Below are positions 41,901 through 57,700 of a DNA stretch of 64,000 bases, piece by piece; the first letter of the stretch is position 1, and each line of letters starts with the position of its first letter. The notes under the pieces are model-generated. The model made no database searches, was not told the DNA's origin, and was given only the letters and a program-made list of their open reading frames with translations. Location: contig NMRA01000183.1 in NCBI GenBank assembly GCA_002633005.1, forward strand, positions 373,553 to 437,552, given 5' to 3'. The position numbers and the translations under genes are program-made. The DNA comes from Phoronis australis. Its lineage: Eukaryota; Animalia; Phoronida.

Positions 41901-44900
41901 GTCCGTTGTCAGCATCATAAAAATACACTCGCTAAAGTTAGTAAAGATCCTGCAAACTGTTTGGAGGATACAGCTATGCGTGGGCGCAAAAAACTGTTAC
42001 TAGGAGGCGCCACAGTAGTCGAAAACGTCGGAAAATCATCGCCAGCCATCCTCTTCATAGTGAGAACATACTTGCCAATTTTCACAATCATCCTACGAGC
42101 GGTTTGGTTGATAGAGGGTGAGCACGAAAAAACAGAATGGAAAACTATGAAAATGACCACTAGGTGACGCAAATTACTTCGAATTCATCCGAAAACTGGG
42201 GGATACTGTCAGCTCACTTTTGTGGCTATATTCCACAGCTCGTGTACTACAACGAATTTCCAACTAAACACCAACAAAATATTGATGACAATTATAACCT
42301 TATTAACTGTTCTGTGCGTTTAGGCAAAGGAATACTTTTCTGAATCAAGGACTTCTATATAGATGTACATTTTGAAATGTATACCAATATGTCAATAATT
42401 AGGCCACGAGACAATGTCTTTAGTAAACTTTACCAGATAGTACATTCGCAGCAGATTTAATATAGAATGACCGTTGACAAAATTTTATCGTTGGTCAACA
42501 CCAAATTGAGAAGCTTTCATGAGAGCCACCACATAACCACAAACAGTTGCTCTGTTAATCCACTGGTAAATCCTCATCGATGTGAAGCAATTTTGGAAAC
42601 GCTTTACACAATGTGTTACGTGCCAATTATTCACCTTTAGCGAAATCGTGTGGTCCCACTCTTTGAAGCCAAAACAACACCAATGTCCCGTTTTTTGACA
42701 AAAGTACAATATGTGCACATTTTCATTTCCTCCTTGCATTATACTTGGTCCAATGTCCCTCTTTTATCATTTTGGATTATTCATGGCCACTCTGCTAACC
42801 GAATCTGGGGAGAAACCGCTAACCGGTGACAAAGAGAGTGGCAAAATGTGAACGTGTTTTAACTTAGACAGTTAAGTTTGCGGCTCGTTAGCTAACTATG
42901 CAAACTATCAAATGATAAGGTGGCATTAGTTGAAGTTTGTAAAACACGTTCGGGATCATTGTTATAAAAGGTTGATATAATGCTTTTCTGAATACTGGAA
43001 ATATATGCATTTGTATGCAAACCACATTGAAAAATACAGCGATTTGTGAATATGAAAAATCTAGCAATTGTAAGTACATGACATCTGTACCTTCACACTG
43101 GAACTTAAAGTAGACGTAACCGGGGTTACACTTGCACGCTCCCTTGACGGCATCACACACCGAATTCACTGGACATTTAGTTCCACCGGATGCACAAGGA
43201 ACATCAGTCTTAGCTTTAAAAGAAGAAACGATCATGTTACTGTTTTGTCTCAAAACGAGCTAACATGACTGCGCAGGTTCTGAGGCGTTATAGGCTTTTC
43301 TACATTTTGGGATGTTCAGGTAAATGCCAGTGGCTTTACCACTATAATGAATAGTGAAGGCGTTCTAATGGAAGAATATGTGGCCCCTTGGTCACTGCCT
43401 GCAGTAGGATGAAACATTAAATTCATCGAGCTTGAATAAACCTATTGGCAATAGTAATTAAGCTAGACTGCGTTCAATCTTATTCAAATTTAGCTATAGA
43501 GTTCTTGGGCCTGTCTTATTAAAAGTCCCTCTTAAGTCTGCATCATTTTCTTACAGCATGGCATATTCTTTTACATTAACTCACCACATTAGGGATGCTG
43601 AAAGACGAACTAAGACTTAAACTAAAATTTGGTTTGAAGCTCCACAGAACACTTTCTGTAGTTAGTAACTAAATTTCACTTGAGCCAAAGGTGAAATCTC
43701 GAACTACATACACATAACTGTTTGTTACTGAGATAAGTCTAAACAAATTAGTTCCAGACAGTGATACATTCCTAATTTCTTAACAAGAACTACGCGGAGC
43801 GTAGAAATTTGCCCATGACAGCACCAAAAAATGTGCTTCAACGAGCCATTAGATGGCCCGAAATATTTGGAAAGGTGTTCAAATTGGAAAAGTGGCGTCA
43901 GCTCTCTATCAAAACTATTTCCAAAAATTTTGTGATAATAAGTCAAGAAATCCCAAAGATACAGAGGCAGACATCAAAAGATAAAATTGACACAAGAGGC
44001 ACAGATAAAGTTCGATTGTCATCTGATACCGTCTCCAAATTTCGCAAAAATTCTCCAAAGGGTTAAGGAGATACAGCCATAGACGTAAAGAAAACAAAAT
44101 TGCACCCGAGGCATGCCAGAGTAATCAAAACTGTCCAAAAACGAACGCCAGCTTTAGTCTTTGGATCAGGAACATTACCTGCTTATCTTCATAATGATCT
44201 TTTGAATGGTTTGGAAGATAGAGAGGCAGACATCAAAACGAATGCAACAATTCTAAAGGACCACCAGGTGGCGCATAGTACAACAAATGTGTCTGAAAAT
44301 GGGTAGGCATTGAGGTCTACTTAAAACAAGCCTATTCTCCAAATTTCATGATGCAGAAAAAACATTAATGGTCACAATTGGAGTACCTCAAATCCGTCCT
44401 GAAATTGGATGGCATCGCCGTTTACCTAATAAACACCTATGTCATAAAAATCCATCAAGGAACTCCAAAGAGGCAAATGTAACAAATAAATTGCCACTTA
44501 GGGTTATAGCAGTATTCAGATAGACCTGAAGTTCGTCGTCATCTGCCAAACTTTTAAAGTTCCTGCAAGAGGTTTAGGATATACAGCAACAGACGCCGGA
44601 AACCGGACGTCCAGACAAAGATGACGGTAATAGGCATCTATATAAACATATGTGGGCGCATAAAAATAGCTACACGTTTTTCAGCAATTGACCTATCGCA
44701 AGCTCCGACCTCTTGCAAAAATTCAAAAAGCACCCCACAAAGAAACAAGACGTCAGAGGCAGCAATAAAGAGTATTACACGTCCACTTGGACCTGAAAAA
44801 TGTCAAGGCCACTGATGTGATGTGTTCATGTATCGCCGTGCATTCCCCTTAAAGTTGCAATTATCTGCACGATGCCATAGACTTCAGGATATTTTGAACA

Positions 44901-47900
44901 AAAATTCACTACTATTTTTAATCTATCGTCTGCCAAATTCCAACAAATTTAAAGTAAATTTACAAGATGGGAATCCGCGAGTAAAGTAGGCCAGGTCGGG
45001 TCGATAACAAGGTTTGTGCTTTGTTAATATTCCAGCCGAATAATTTGGTTAAAAGACACATGTCCATAGCTCAGGTACACACTCATCTTGTCCTAGGCAA
45101 GCAGTTAGCTGTGGTTAGTCAAGGGCTGTATCCAAGTCAAATTAATGCACGGAATTGGCAGTAAGACATTTAAGTTAGGCCTACCTTCTATGAACTTCAA
45201 TTTTTTGAAATTTCATTGGGTAAAGGTAGCTTTTGGTTAATGTTGAACATAGCATGATCACTAAATTACAACATTCTCCTATTGAGTCCAACTTGTTTGA
45301 TAGTATAGCCCAACAAGTTGGAAAAATGACCCCTGTAGCCAATATTTTACACGGCTGATTAAGTCCATTCTGGCATCTATGGTTGGAGGGTCAGCTCTTT
45401 TTTGTTCGATTATTGCTCTAATCTCGGATAAGATCATATCTAGCATGACTGGGCTGTGCTGATAAAAATAAAAGTTAAGTTGTATAGTGTCTGAACATAA
45501 ACCAATTCCTCGTCAAATGCTGATCATGCTTTGTTTTGGAATTATCAAAATCGCCCAACTACAACCGAAATTATGACAGTCTAATATCCAAATGTACCAC
45601 TGCGCACAGGGTTTGAATGTGTTCACATGTGGCCTGGTAGATAACTGGCCATCATGTTGTCATACCACACAAAAGACTGTGTTGGACAGTTAACAAAGAA
45701 GCTAGATGTTACAGTATCACAAAGTCACAACTGTTCTGTGTCTGGTAAAATCACAGAACAGGAAAAAGTCCTAATTTGAGGTGAAGTATGGTTACAAAAG
45801 ATGACAAGTCTGGTGTATTAGCAAAAATGGCTATTTTAAGAACAAAAAAATACTCAAATTCATTTAAGCCTTCATAAATCTATACATTTTGTTTAATCAA
45901 CTAAAAAATACTCTTTCTAACTCTGCAGGCGACGTGTAAACTAGCGTTTCTCAACAAAAAGTAAGTTAAGTGTTTTTTCTCGTGACAATAGATCAAGCAA
46001 GGCTTTGAATTCAGTAATCCAATGCCCTCCTGAGCCGATCGAACAGGTCGAATTTTGGAAACAAGTTCAGTTGAACATGCACTTGTGTAAGAATAACAAC
46101 AAATTTCCTTACTTTATCTCTGAAACAAACTTGTGGCCATTCAGACGAAATACATGGAAAATCTAATACAAATGTCCTTAAAAACAATTTCCGGGGACTG
46201 CCGCTAGTGCTGGGTTCAGCAGATGCCGAGACAAAGGCATTCAGACGATTGAAACTCCGGAGACAAAATCATGCACTTTAGCCACCAAAGGCAAAGGTAC
46301 GTATCTTGGACCAAATACATTTGCGTTTAGCGTTCGAGTAGTCAAGCAACATTGCCGAGTTCAGGTGCTCATTGTGTGGCCGTTCACACAATTTGATCCA
46401 GTATTTAGACCTTTCGACATCATTTCTCGGCATTTGGCCTTACGCACCCTTGTTGTGAAATTAGTAACCTGGCGGCCTGATCAGCCTGTCATCATCAGTT
46501 TGACAGTGGCAAGCCAATTTTTACAAATTCCAGCTCCCTCATTGTCTGCTCTCACCTGATAAGGTCATGTAATACAGTATTTATGTTGTAAACTGGGTGT
46601 CTGCACAATAACCTATATTTAAAAATAATATTTGCAAACTACTTTCCACAAATGTCGTGAAGCAGATGTGTTTTCTATGAAATACTTTCACTAAAAAGCT
46701 TAAAATGGAGAAAAGCGCTTGACTTTCAGAGAACTTTTGTGGCCACTTCGCCAATGAGGGGGCTTCTTCCAGGCCCCCTGGGTGCGCGCATGCTACAGAT
46801 TAAACTTAAGTTTCACACGACAACGTGTTATTTGTCTGTTAAAATGGCGTACTGGAAACGCAGAAGGTGAGGCACGAACGCCGAGTTCTGATTTGTCAGT
46901 TAAGCCGTCAGTCAAAATCCTGACGATAGGTCAATTGTGAAGTGGAAGCGTAACACCAAGCATGATGAGCTTGTGTTGGCTTACGAAGGAAATATATTGT
47001 TCATCAACGAAAAAACTGTCATTATATAGTTGACTTACCAGTACAAACGTTATTGAATCTTATATAGCCGGGCCTGCATTCACATTTTTTATTGTTAGGG
47101 TTGCATAGTTCGTAATTGCCCAGGCATAAGGTTCCGCCAAACTTGCATTCAACTTTTGTGATCTCTGTAAATGAAGTGGTTCCACAGTTAATGACGTACT
47201 AATCATGACATGGTGAATCATTTCTCTTCTTCAGCAGCACAAGGCAATCAACAGTACTTGCAGATTTGAGATGTCTTCAACGGGATAGATTCACAATCAT
47301 GGAAAGGAAATGCTCCCGTAAGTTATAGTTACAACATGCCAGTATGTGTGTTTTTGTCTCTTTTTGGTTGTGCCGGCACATTGGCCTCCTTGACTAGAAA
47401 ACAACATATGATCATAGCTATTGCACATGAAATAGAGATTGCCACCGTATCTAGGAAAACTAAGCAAAGTACAACATACAGTATATACATGAATGTTCAT
47501 AACAGCAGAATCTGAAAGCTAGTGTTGAACTATTCCCTATTCAACGATTATATGTAATCAAACATTAACAAAAAACAAAACTTCCACTAGGAGGCGCCAC
47601 AGTAGTCGAAGTAATTGGAATATCATCGTAAACCGTCCTCTTCACACTAAAAACATATATACCAATTTTCACAATCATCCTTCGAGTGGTTTGGTTGATG
47701 TTAAAAGCAGAATCAAAACAGTAAAAATAGAAATACCTCAAATACGTCCGAAAACAGAATGATAGCACCATATCATTAATTCATGCCCGTGTGATAAATT
47801 TTGTGAAAATCCGTTGAGGACCTATGAAGATACAGAGGTAAACGTAAAAGACTAAAACCGCCACTGGGGGGCACACCGATCGTCAAATCTACCCAAATTT

Positions 47901-50900
47901 CTTTGTCATACGTCATCATCTGTATAGAAACACATCTGTCAAAGCTCATCACGATCCTAAGAGGGGTTTAGATGATACAGCTGTGGACGTCTGGGCAGAG
48001 ATATACGGGGCGCATACAAAGGAAACGTCACAAGAATTAACGGCCATTTCAACAGTTCACTAGGTTAGAGTAAAAAAGTTATAAAAGTACTGTACACGAG
48101 TCTCGAGAATTAAATTCAGCACACACTAATAAGTTAAAAGCAATTTGTCTAAATAAAAAACATCACACTGGCGATTTAAGATAAATCCTTACAAGGGCTT
48201 TCAATACAGGAACTTAACAATGAAGGACCTTTCAAACAATTGGATAAGTCGTGTTAGCATTGCACTAGTTCTTTGTACAACACTTCATCAACCAAATGTA
48301 TGCGTGTTTTTTTAATTAACCACCAATGTTCAACTTCGTGTCGCGTCAACTCGTAATAAGCTAGGGAGACAAAATATACAAGCACAAAGGTTTTAAATAG
48401 TTCCACCAAATTTCATTTGCAAGAAGTCTCAAAGACACGCGTTTAAGGACGGTTCAAAGAAACACGTACAAAAACCTTTTTTGCACATTCGATTCATAGC
48501 CTGGAGCAAATTCTGGTAACAACACTTACATGTATGTCGGATGCAAGAATTCCACAGGAGCAAAGCAACTTACCCTGGCACGAGCCTTGATGGAACAGGT
48601 ATCCTGAGTTACAATTACATTTTTTACTTGCTGTATCGCAGACAGAGTTATCCGGGCACTTTGTTCCGCCATGCTGACATGGAACTTTACCTGGCTCTGA
48701 ATAAAACATGTCAGATAACCGTGAATCACAAACTAAAGAAATATTATGCAATAAAGCTTTCCTTAATGACGACTGCTGTCAAAATGATAATGTCCAAATA
48801 TTTTCAGTTTTTGTGTATTCGAATGTTAGTCTGGCTAGAAAAAATAGAGCAAATCATGACATTTGACAGAGCACTTCATGCGCCTAGAACCTGCTGGATC
48901 ATTAAGCAAATTGCGAAAAGGAGACATTTCTTCAGCACAATCCAGAGTTTATATTTTTATTAATGTTCGTTTGATTCCCCACGAAACGAGAATATTCAGA
49001 GTATCTAGGTGAAATTTCTCGTTTGTTTATACCGGACCCAGTGGCGCAAGAAAGACAACAGGCACCTAGGAAAAGAAGTGGTTCTGATGTAAAATTAACA
49101 ATAGCAATTATTAACCGAACTACGTTGTCATTTTTTTCAGAGGTTAAAATCGATCTGCCAACATTACCGCCTTTGCAGTTTTTCTAAAAAAATCACCTCT
49201 TTAGACTTTCAAACAATGGAACAAACGCGAACTGCAATAGATTTGAGCTCAGTTTAGACGTGAATGTGCTTGGTGGCTTAAGCAAGACGCATAATTAGGT
49301 AATTTTTTCCTCCATATGCCTTGGGTAATCCTGCAATATTTTGTGTTCGATAATATACATTGTGTTTAGATCATAACACAGGGGAAATGGAGAGCAGACG
49401 ATTAAAACTAAATTAATTATACCAGAGTCAAAAACTAAAATGACAGTGATCAAAACAAACACGATATGGGGTAAAACGTTCGGTGAGCATACAGGTCCAA
49501 CAGTGACTTTATGTGTTGAAAGGCATGTAGTCGTAGCGTGTTGATGTAGCACTCCAAAAATATTCAAATCACGCAAAGGCAGAGTATGCTGAAGTCATCC
49601 TGAAGGTACTCCATCTTGCCCTGATCAATTTTAGGCCCTATGGATCTCCAATAGCTACATGCTCTTACGTGCTTAGGAAATAGCCTTCCCTCTGCTTGTT
49701 CGCTAACTACATTTTGACAGCGTTTTACGTGTACCGTAAGCACGGCAACAATTTGTGTCAAAGGGTTTCCGGGCGACATTTGTCAAGTTTTGAATAATTT
49801 GGTGTTATTTAACCCCATCCTGAGTCAAACTGGAAAATTTTGATGTTTCTTTACCTCTCTAGCACAATGTAGGGAACTAATAAAACCCTGACAATTATTC
49901 ATGTGTAGAAAAGTTGGCACAGAGGCAATAAACTTAAAATTGATGCTGTATGTCAAATGTGATGTGGCCAACAGGTGGCGTGCACACCAGCCTTAATGAT
50001 GTCAAGCATTGAAGATATATATGGAAATGAAAGTGTTTATCCAAATTCAGTAAACTATATTCTATTTTGGACATTTTTAGAAACCGAATATCTAGGTTAG
50101 CAGAAAGAAAATTCAACGAGGTTGTTACTGCAGACGCAATCATTCATATTGCCTGTGTATGTTAAGTATTGTTTCATGTTGTACTCATTTTCAAGTACCC
50201 CCCAGATTGTGAACTTGTCACGTGGTACTGACATTTAAAAGCGTTTTACCCGCCTGTTCCATTCATTTGTATTTCGTATCTGTGTGCAGTGTATGCATGT
50301 CATTGGTTTCGTTATCGAGATTGCAGGGTTTTCATGATGTACGTATTGTTCTTTTGCTTGTTGTTATATTCTGGTTTGTGCAATGCATTCTCTCGTGTCC
50401 TGCGTAGTTTCAGTAATTTCGCTTTATTTACTTCACCGTATTTCGTCCTTTGTGGTTCGTGTCGAGGGTTTGGGCGTTGTTCGCTGCGACCTTGAGATTG
50501 CAATTCACAAACCAGTCTGTTTCTAGCTCATATTATTGTAAAAGTTTAGCGCCACTTGATATCTAGTTTGCGTCACGGTCTCACGGCAGAATTGTGTATG
50601 AATTAGGTTCGTTTTTGTATATAGTATTTTCATATAAGATTCAGTTTATCTGATGTAGCTATTTCGTTACTTGTATATTTTTTTCGTTGATGTAACTAAC
50701 GGTTTTTGTACATATTGTCAATGCCTGTGCTTGTATTATATTTCGTAGTAGTGACTCGGGGATTTGTTTATTTCAGTTTACGGGTTTGTCTATGTACTGA
50801 CGGCACTCGAATAAAAGAATTAGGCTGTACGTAGAATCACCTGTGTATCTCTCGATTGTTCGCTGACACTGCGCCAGAACAGAGGTGACATTCCTAGAGT

Positions 50901-53900
50901 TTTTACGTTTGTCACAAGAAAGGTTCATATTATGAACCGCAACAAGATTTTACTAACTCGGTGACATAACATACCCGGAAACTTTTTGTACCCATATTAA
51001 AATGTGAACTTTTAACGTCTAGTTCTGTCTACTAATTTGTATTGACCTGCACGTGTAATAAATGTTCAAGTAAACTAAAGATCTGTTTTAATCGGTGTCT
51101 ACAATAATCAAACTTAAAAAAGGGTTTGGAATAAATTTCAACCGGAAGTTACAATGAGCTCTGTAAACGAATTAATAATCTTTAAAATCTTGTGGATATG
51201 TCAAATTGGGATTTCATTATGCTTTGAGCAACAGGGTAGCCTTATGACTTCATGTATATGATACTAGCATCAGGCTTAACTCATCTGTCATAACGTCAAC
51301 TCAAACTGTCCACTCATTGCATGGTTACTTCTTTGATGCATCAATGCATTAATCACGGCAAAGTTACGTCGAAGAGGTCATGCATAATTGTCGCATGTAA
51401 TTTATCTGCTAGCTGTCTGGGTGCCTTGATTCTTACAAACGTCAGTTTTCAGTTTAGTGCTGCATCGTAACGTACAACTGCACGGTGATGTGTATGCTGA
51501 AGGCCCAAAGAATCTGGCAAATTTTATTCAAAGTTTCAAAAAACACGTTGAAAATGTTCAAGGTCCAATTGAATCGTGAAAAGTTCTTTTTACACCAGAT
51601 ATACACATATATAGCGGGCTGCAACAAATTCCGGTCGGAAACTTTATCTCACACGCGTTGAATAAGTTGAGTGCAATACGGCCATGTGATGTTGTTTGTA
51701 TTGTACTCCCGGGACTACTAACACAGTGCCCTCTTACATGGCAAGTTCAAAAGGTAGGTCAACGACAACTCGACGTCGTTAACCGGTTTTATAATAAAAC
51801 TTTCTCAAACTTAATGTTGTCCGACGTAATAATATTGCAGGCATATAAATAACACTCGACATGCAATATGACACTTCTGTCATGCATTTATTTGCTAAAT
51901 ATCATATCGTCTGCAATTGAAGCGCCGATTCCTCAGTAACTACAATGTTAAACATTGTTGTTTTTAGTTATTTTCAAGAAATGTTAGAAGTTCAATTACC
52001 GTTCTTTTCAACTTATTTGTTATCTCTATTCAAGTAATAACGTGTTATATTTGAAAATTTTTCTTTTACTGGAGAAAACGTGCAACATAACACGCAAGTG
52101 CATACATAAATGTATTAGTTAATAAATTAAAGGGTATTGGGATAAATACAATTCAGTCTCAGTCGATGCGCAGAATAATGTCTCGTGGGATATTACGCAA
52201 CCTCGGTACGTTTTCTTTATTTATTCTCGAAGCCAACATTTTTCTCAGGCGTATTTATTGGAAAGAAACTTACCCTGGCATGTGTTTTGGTAGAGCACGC
52301 GTCCTCCGTGACATTTACACGCTTTTTTCGATGCTTCGCATACTGAGTTCGGTGGACATTTCGTTCCTCCAAACTTGCACGGAACTTTCACTGTCTCTGC
52401 ATAGAATATTTTCACAAATATGAGTTGCCATTGAAAAAGCTGATACAACCAAATTTGTTCCAACTTTAAACTAACAAAGAAAACCTGGATAATAAAATGA
52501 GACATACGAAGTTACTCAACGGGCATTTTAGTGACCAGTAGTAGCAGTAGTCATCCTGTATGGTTCATTTCCTTTCTTCAGCCAGTAATGGTTCCCATCA
52601 TGAACTCGCAAAATCAGTTCTACACCATCCGATAAACTGCCGCATAAGGATTTATTGGTTAGTATTTCTTTGAGGTATAATTTGCAGTAGCTCCAAACTC
52701 AGTGACTTCTTGTCAACTGGACCATTGGTAGAGTTTCCTAAGGGCGCCTATGCGGGAACTAGTGAAGTGATGTCGACTACATGGGCTATTCATGAGACTG
52801 ACCGGGACTCCACAATGGCTTCTTTGACACAACCATTCTGGCTCTTATTAAAAGATCAGAGATCCCACTTTTTCATTTTGAGATCTTGGTAATATCAGTT
52901 GAACATGTTCATGTATGCTAACGGCAAATGTGGAACGAGGATCTCCTGGTATACCGTAATGTGAAAGGGTTTTAACTAAGCTTGAGGCCCAATGTACAAT
53001 ATTTTGCAAATTTAATCACGAAGCAAGTATCGGGTGAAGTTCCTAAATCCTAGGATCATTGTTGAAAGCAAAATTTTTCCTTTAACAGGTAGATGACTTG
53101 CCTTTTTAGATGCGCGAAATATATGTACATAGCACACACTTTACATATAAAGACGTGTAATCACAATAATCTAAACATTACTTGCTTTACCTTCACACTC
53201 GTTGTTGTACATGATGTAACCGGTGCTGCATTTACACTCTTTTGCGGTGACATCACACACTGCATTCGTAGGACATTTAGTTCCACCGGACTTACAAGGA
53301 ATGCCAGTCTTGGCTTTAAAAGAAGAAACAACGTTACTATAATGACTCAAAATGACCTAACAGCAATGTTTTTTTCAAACATTAATACAGTCATATTCAT
53401 GGGCGGCGCACCATAGCGGGCTGGGGGCTAAAGGCCCCCACTTTTTCAGTACTGTGCCGCCCGTGATAGTCACAAGAAAAGCTGTAAAACTAAACTGGGG
53501 TGATTAAAAACAGTAAGTTGATATTGTCTGCTTTCCCAGTTAGTATCAGTCAGCCTGAGCAATAAAATATATCCAGTCTTATCTGAACATAAGAACTACA
53601 CTCGTCCATTGACAAAAATCTCAGATTGATCATAATATTAAAATATTACGGCTTTAGTACATTGAAACATTGCAAATTGCAATGCGTGTGGGTTGTGGGA
53701 GTCCCGACGCCAAAGACTATTTTTACTTAACCTGGATTTAGTGGACATGTTTTTTCTTTACTGTTTTATGTAGTCTAGGCATAGGTATCCATGATTTAGG
53801 AAGGTGATCGTTCACAACCCTTAGGCATTTTTAAATATTCAAATTAAAGCAGCCGTTATGTAAAATCATTTTATGCTTATAATTTCCTTAATAAACGTTT

Positions 53901-54728
53901 CTAGTAACACTGTTCAGCTAAAGCTAAAAAGTGATCAACTTTTTTCAAACTTAGTTCAATATTACGGGTTTACTTCATTCAACATTTCTCGTGTGTAACT
54001 TGACTACATTAGCAAGACGGCAGACTCATTTATTGCAGATGCGTAATACAAGTTGTGATCTCCTGCTTACAGTGTATTAGACACCCGAGCAGAACGGTCA
54101 ATTGGTTTAAGGTACAACTGTGCTTCTATATTCGTATGTCAAAAAGGCTGCTCGAAAAGGAACGTGGTGTTTAATGTTTTAAAGGTCTTATCCCATCTTA
54201 CTTATGTGCTAAGTTTAAGATGACTACTAATCGCTACAGTACTAGGTCCTCATCATCATCTGATTTCAATCTTCCTAAACGCAGAAGCGAGACTGGGAAA
54301 AATTCATTTTCCTACAGCGGGCCCTTTTTATGGAATTCTCTCCCTGCACATGCCAAATCTACATCATCCTTTCTAACCTTTAAAAGAATTATAAGAAATA
54401 GGTTTAACTCCATGTAGTGTCTAAGAATTGCATGTTTATTCATTTGTTATTCATATAATGTCTTACTTTTATTAATTATTTATTGTCTGTTTTAATTTTT
54501 TTATATTTATATTTATAATTTTTTATTTTTTAGTTAATTATCTTGTCTTAATTTCTTTATCTTTTATTTATCATATTTTGTTTTTTTATTTTGCTTCATC
54601 AGTCTTTCCATGTTAATTCCTTATTCATTGCTTATTACTTAAATTTGTCTTTCATTTTGTAATTCTGTTTTTGTCTTACTATCTGCAAAGCAGTGTGAAC
54701 TGATGGGGCTACCCTCATTGTAAATATT

Positions 54729-54777
<49 letters not shown>

Positions 54778-57700
54778 GTGTTATTGAAATCACTGAGCAA
54801 CAATTCAACAAATATTTGTTTCAGGAAATTCATGAAAAACGAGAGAAATTAAAGAAAATGATTTTGAAATGTTGTAAATATGTATGCAGTGGCAAGTGAG
54901 CCAAGTGTTGCGCAAATGCGAGAACCTGGCAACATCTTTGAACACACATGATATCGCGAGACATCACAATTTTATACAAGCCAAGCATTAGCTTTCTGAA
55001 AAATTCTCGCGTCTAAGTAACGCAAGCCAGGTGGAATTGAATGCGTGTGTATCCAACTGAATGTATTCATTTTGAGTATCACTAGAAAAGAACTCCGGTT
55101 TTGCTTTGTTAGTAATTCGATTAAGCTAGTCTACCTAAATAATTTTACTGACAACCAATCGCATGCAGGTTTACATGGCAATAGTTACCAAGAGGTAAAG
55201 TTTTCCAACCCTATAATTCAATGTTGAAAACGATAACCAGCGCAAGGTTATTCAAAATTCTTATACATTAGATTCACTTAACACACCAGCAATCTTTTAA
55301 GCTAATCGAACAATAGTTACACGTAGAAAGGCCATAAGCAATGGCATGCAAGTTTAGAGAAAAGTATCAAATTAGGTGACCATTAAAATTGACAACACTT
55401 GTTCAAAGTCATATAAATTCAACAAATACTCCTAATACGTTTTTACTGTTGACGTATGCAAGAAATATTTGGCATCACCAATGCGCATCCCATGGGTACA
55501 TTTATGTTGCATGAGTTATGAAAGTTGATGGCCGCCATGAACAATTCGGTAAACCTTGCCCTTTATGCCTTCAGACAAGTGCAAACATCTCCGCACCACA
55601 TGACCAGTCGTCACCAGATGCAAAGACTGTTTCACCCGCCAGCCACCTTACAGTCACCAAACATCAGGTCTGCTCAGAATAGCTCAGCAATTGGACATTT
55701 TAAGAGAAATACCAAGCCACGGGGTTAATCATTTTGCTCGAAATCGAACTCAAGAAAAGTGTCCATTGTTCTATACTCGAGTACATAATGACTTGCATGA
55801 ACAACTTTGTATTACCAGTGTTCATTTGATGACCCCAGCATTAAGGTCACAACCTCGAGTCAAAGACAAAATACATGGCTAACACCAACACAACAAAAAT
55901 GGTCGGTTTCGCATGATAGTCAGGTTCACTATGTCCAAATTTTGACATTCGATGGAATTTTTGGGGGAAAGTGGAAACTATACATTTTTGGAAACCTCAT
56001 GGAATGACAAATTTAAAAATAACTGATTCCATTTTTTCGGTGGCCATCTTGGCGGCCATTTTGGATTTAAAGAAATGGCGCCGGTAAAATAGATTTTGCC
56101 CAATATATCCGCCCTTGGGTAACTGCGAATGTTTGTATGGCTTCACCTGCAGTTCTGAGGTCAATGAATTGGAAATTTTAATTTTATTGGCGGTCATCTT
56201 GGCGGCCGTCTTGAAATTTAAAAATGGTGCCCATAAAATGCATTTTGCTTAGTATCTCTGCTGTTGGGTCACTTAGAATTTTAGTTTTAATGGCTGCACC
56301 CACATTTTGTGGGGTAAGAAATTGAAAAACACTGTTTCTAAAATGATACATACATGTATAATCTAAATGATTTTAATAGCAGCTACGAACCCCTAGAATA
56401 TTTAAAAAATCACAGAAAAGCAGATTAACCTTTATTTGCAGTGTATATCTATATCTTTTTGAAAAGACATTTTAAACATATCATTTGAAGATTTCAACAT
56501 TGTTTCCACTGTTCACTTTGGAATCCAGTTCTCCTCTACTCAATGGAATTGCATTTTGCCTTTGACAGTCGGATGGCAGATGAGTTTGGCAGTAACCAGG
56601 CTGAGGATCAATGACGAGAACAACAGGAGTTGTAGCCTGTTGGTCAAATCGACCAGAAATATGCAATCAGCCACTATGAATTCACCCTAACATCAAGAGC
56701 AATCTTTGCTGCCAGTGGGGCTGTGCTGTCATGCACAGAAAAATCGAATCGAATACACCTTCTGCAGAAAAAAATCCGAAGCAGACGTCTTAGCACAGGA
56801 CAGCCAATCAAGCTGCAAACTCACCACATGGTATAGACACAAATAGCATCACAAAGTTGAGACGGTACCTCTTCTGTAAACATATGGCACGTGCTGAGTT
56901 TTGTATTCGAGCCATAGTGTGGGGCCAGGTTGTCATTGCTCGACAGGAGTTCCTTGACCGATTGCAGAATAAATTTACAAGGACAGAGATGGCCAGCTGA
57001 AACCCTCACAACTGAGGAGCTTCCGGGGCCAGATACTATCATTGACATGGTTAGATGCCAGTGCAAAAGCAATTCCTCTTCCCAAAGATCCTCCTGCCGA
57101 TGAAAGGATCTATGTTACACTGATCTATCTATGTCAGTGTAGTGCAGAATGTCTGAATGGTGATGATGTTGTGATTCCTGGTGACAGTGATGGTAACAGT
57201 AATGATCTATACACTGATTTCAAAATTTTGGAAGACTATTGACACTACAAAAACATACTTTCGTGTTCTTCAAGCGTAAATAAGTTACTTAGGTACTGGT
57301 TTAGTTTTAAATGTCTTGAAGGAAACATGCTCCGAACGAAATATAGAAGAAAGTAAGATAGTGATCATGTGTTGGATTACATGAAGAATGCATTTAGAAA
57401 ATGTGGCTGCTAATAAATGGGGTTTTGATCATGTTTCTCATTTAATAAGTTGTATTTTCAGATTTCTTGACAACAAAAATGTGGATGCAGCCATTAAAAC
57501 TAACATTCTAAGTGACCCAAGACCAAAGATACTGAGGATAATGTATTTTATTAGCGCCATTTTTAAAAATCCTAGATGGCCGGCAAGATGGCCGCCAATA
57601 AAACTAAAATTTCTAATTCCTTGACCTGAGAAATGCAGGTGTAGCCATAAAAACCAACATTCTAAGTGACTCAAAAGCGGAGATATTGAGCAAAATCCAT

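Noticed and set aside
53398-53460. hAT-like MITE end (catgggcggcg...ggggctaaag.cccc; similar at 41067-41118)
   Set aside because: Only single short ends; no partner TIR or TSD could be paired.
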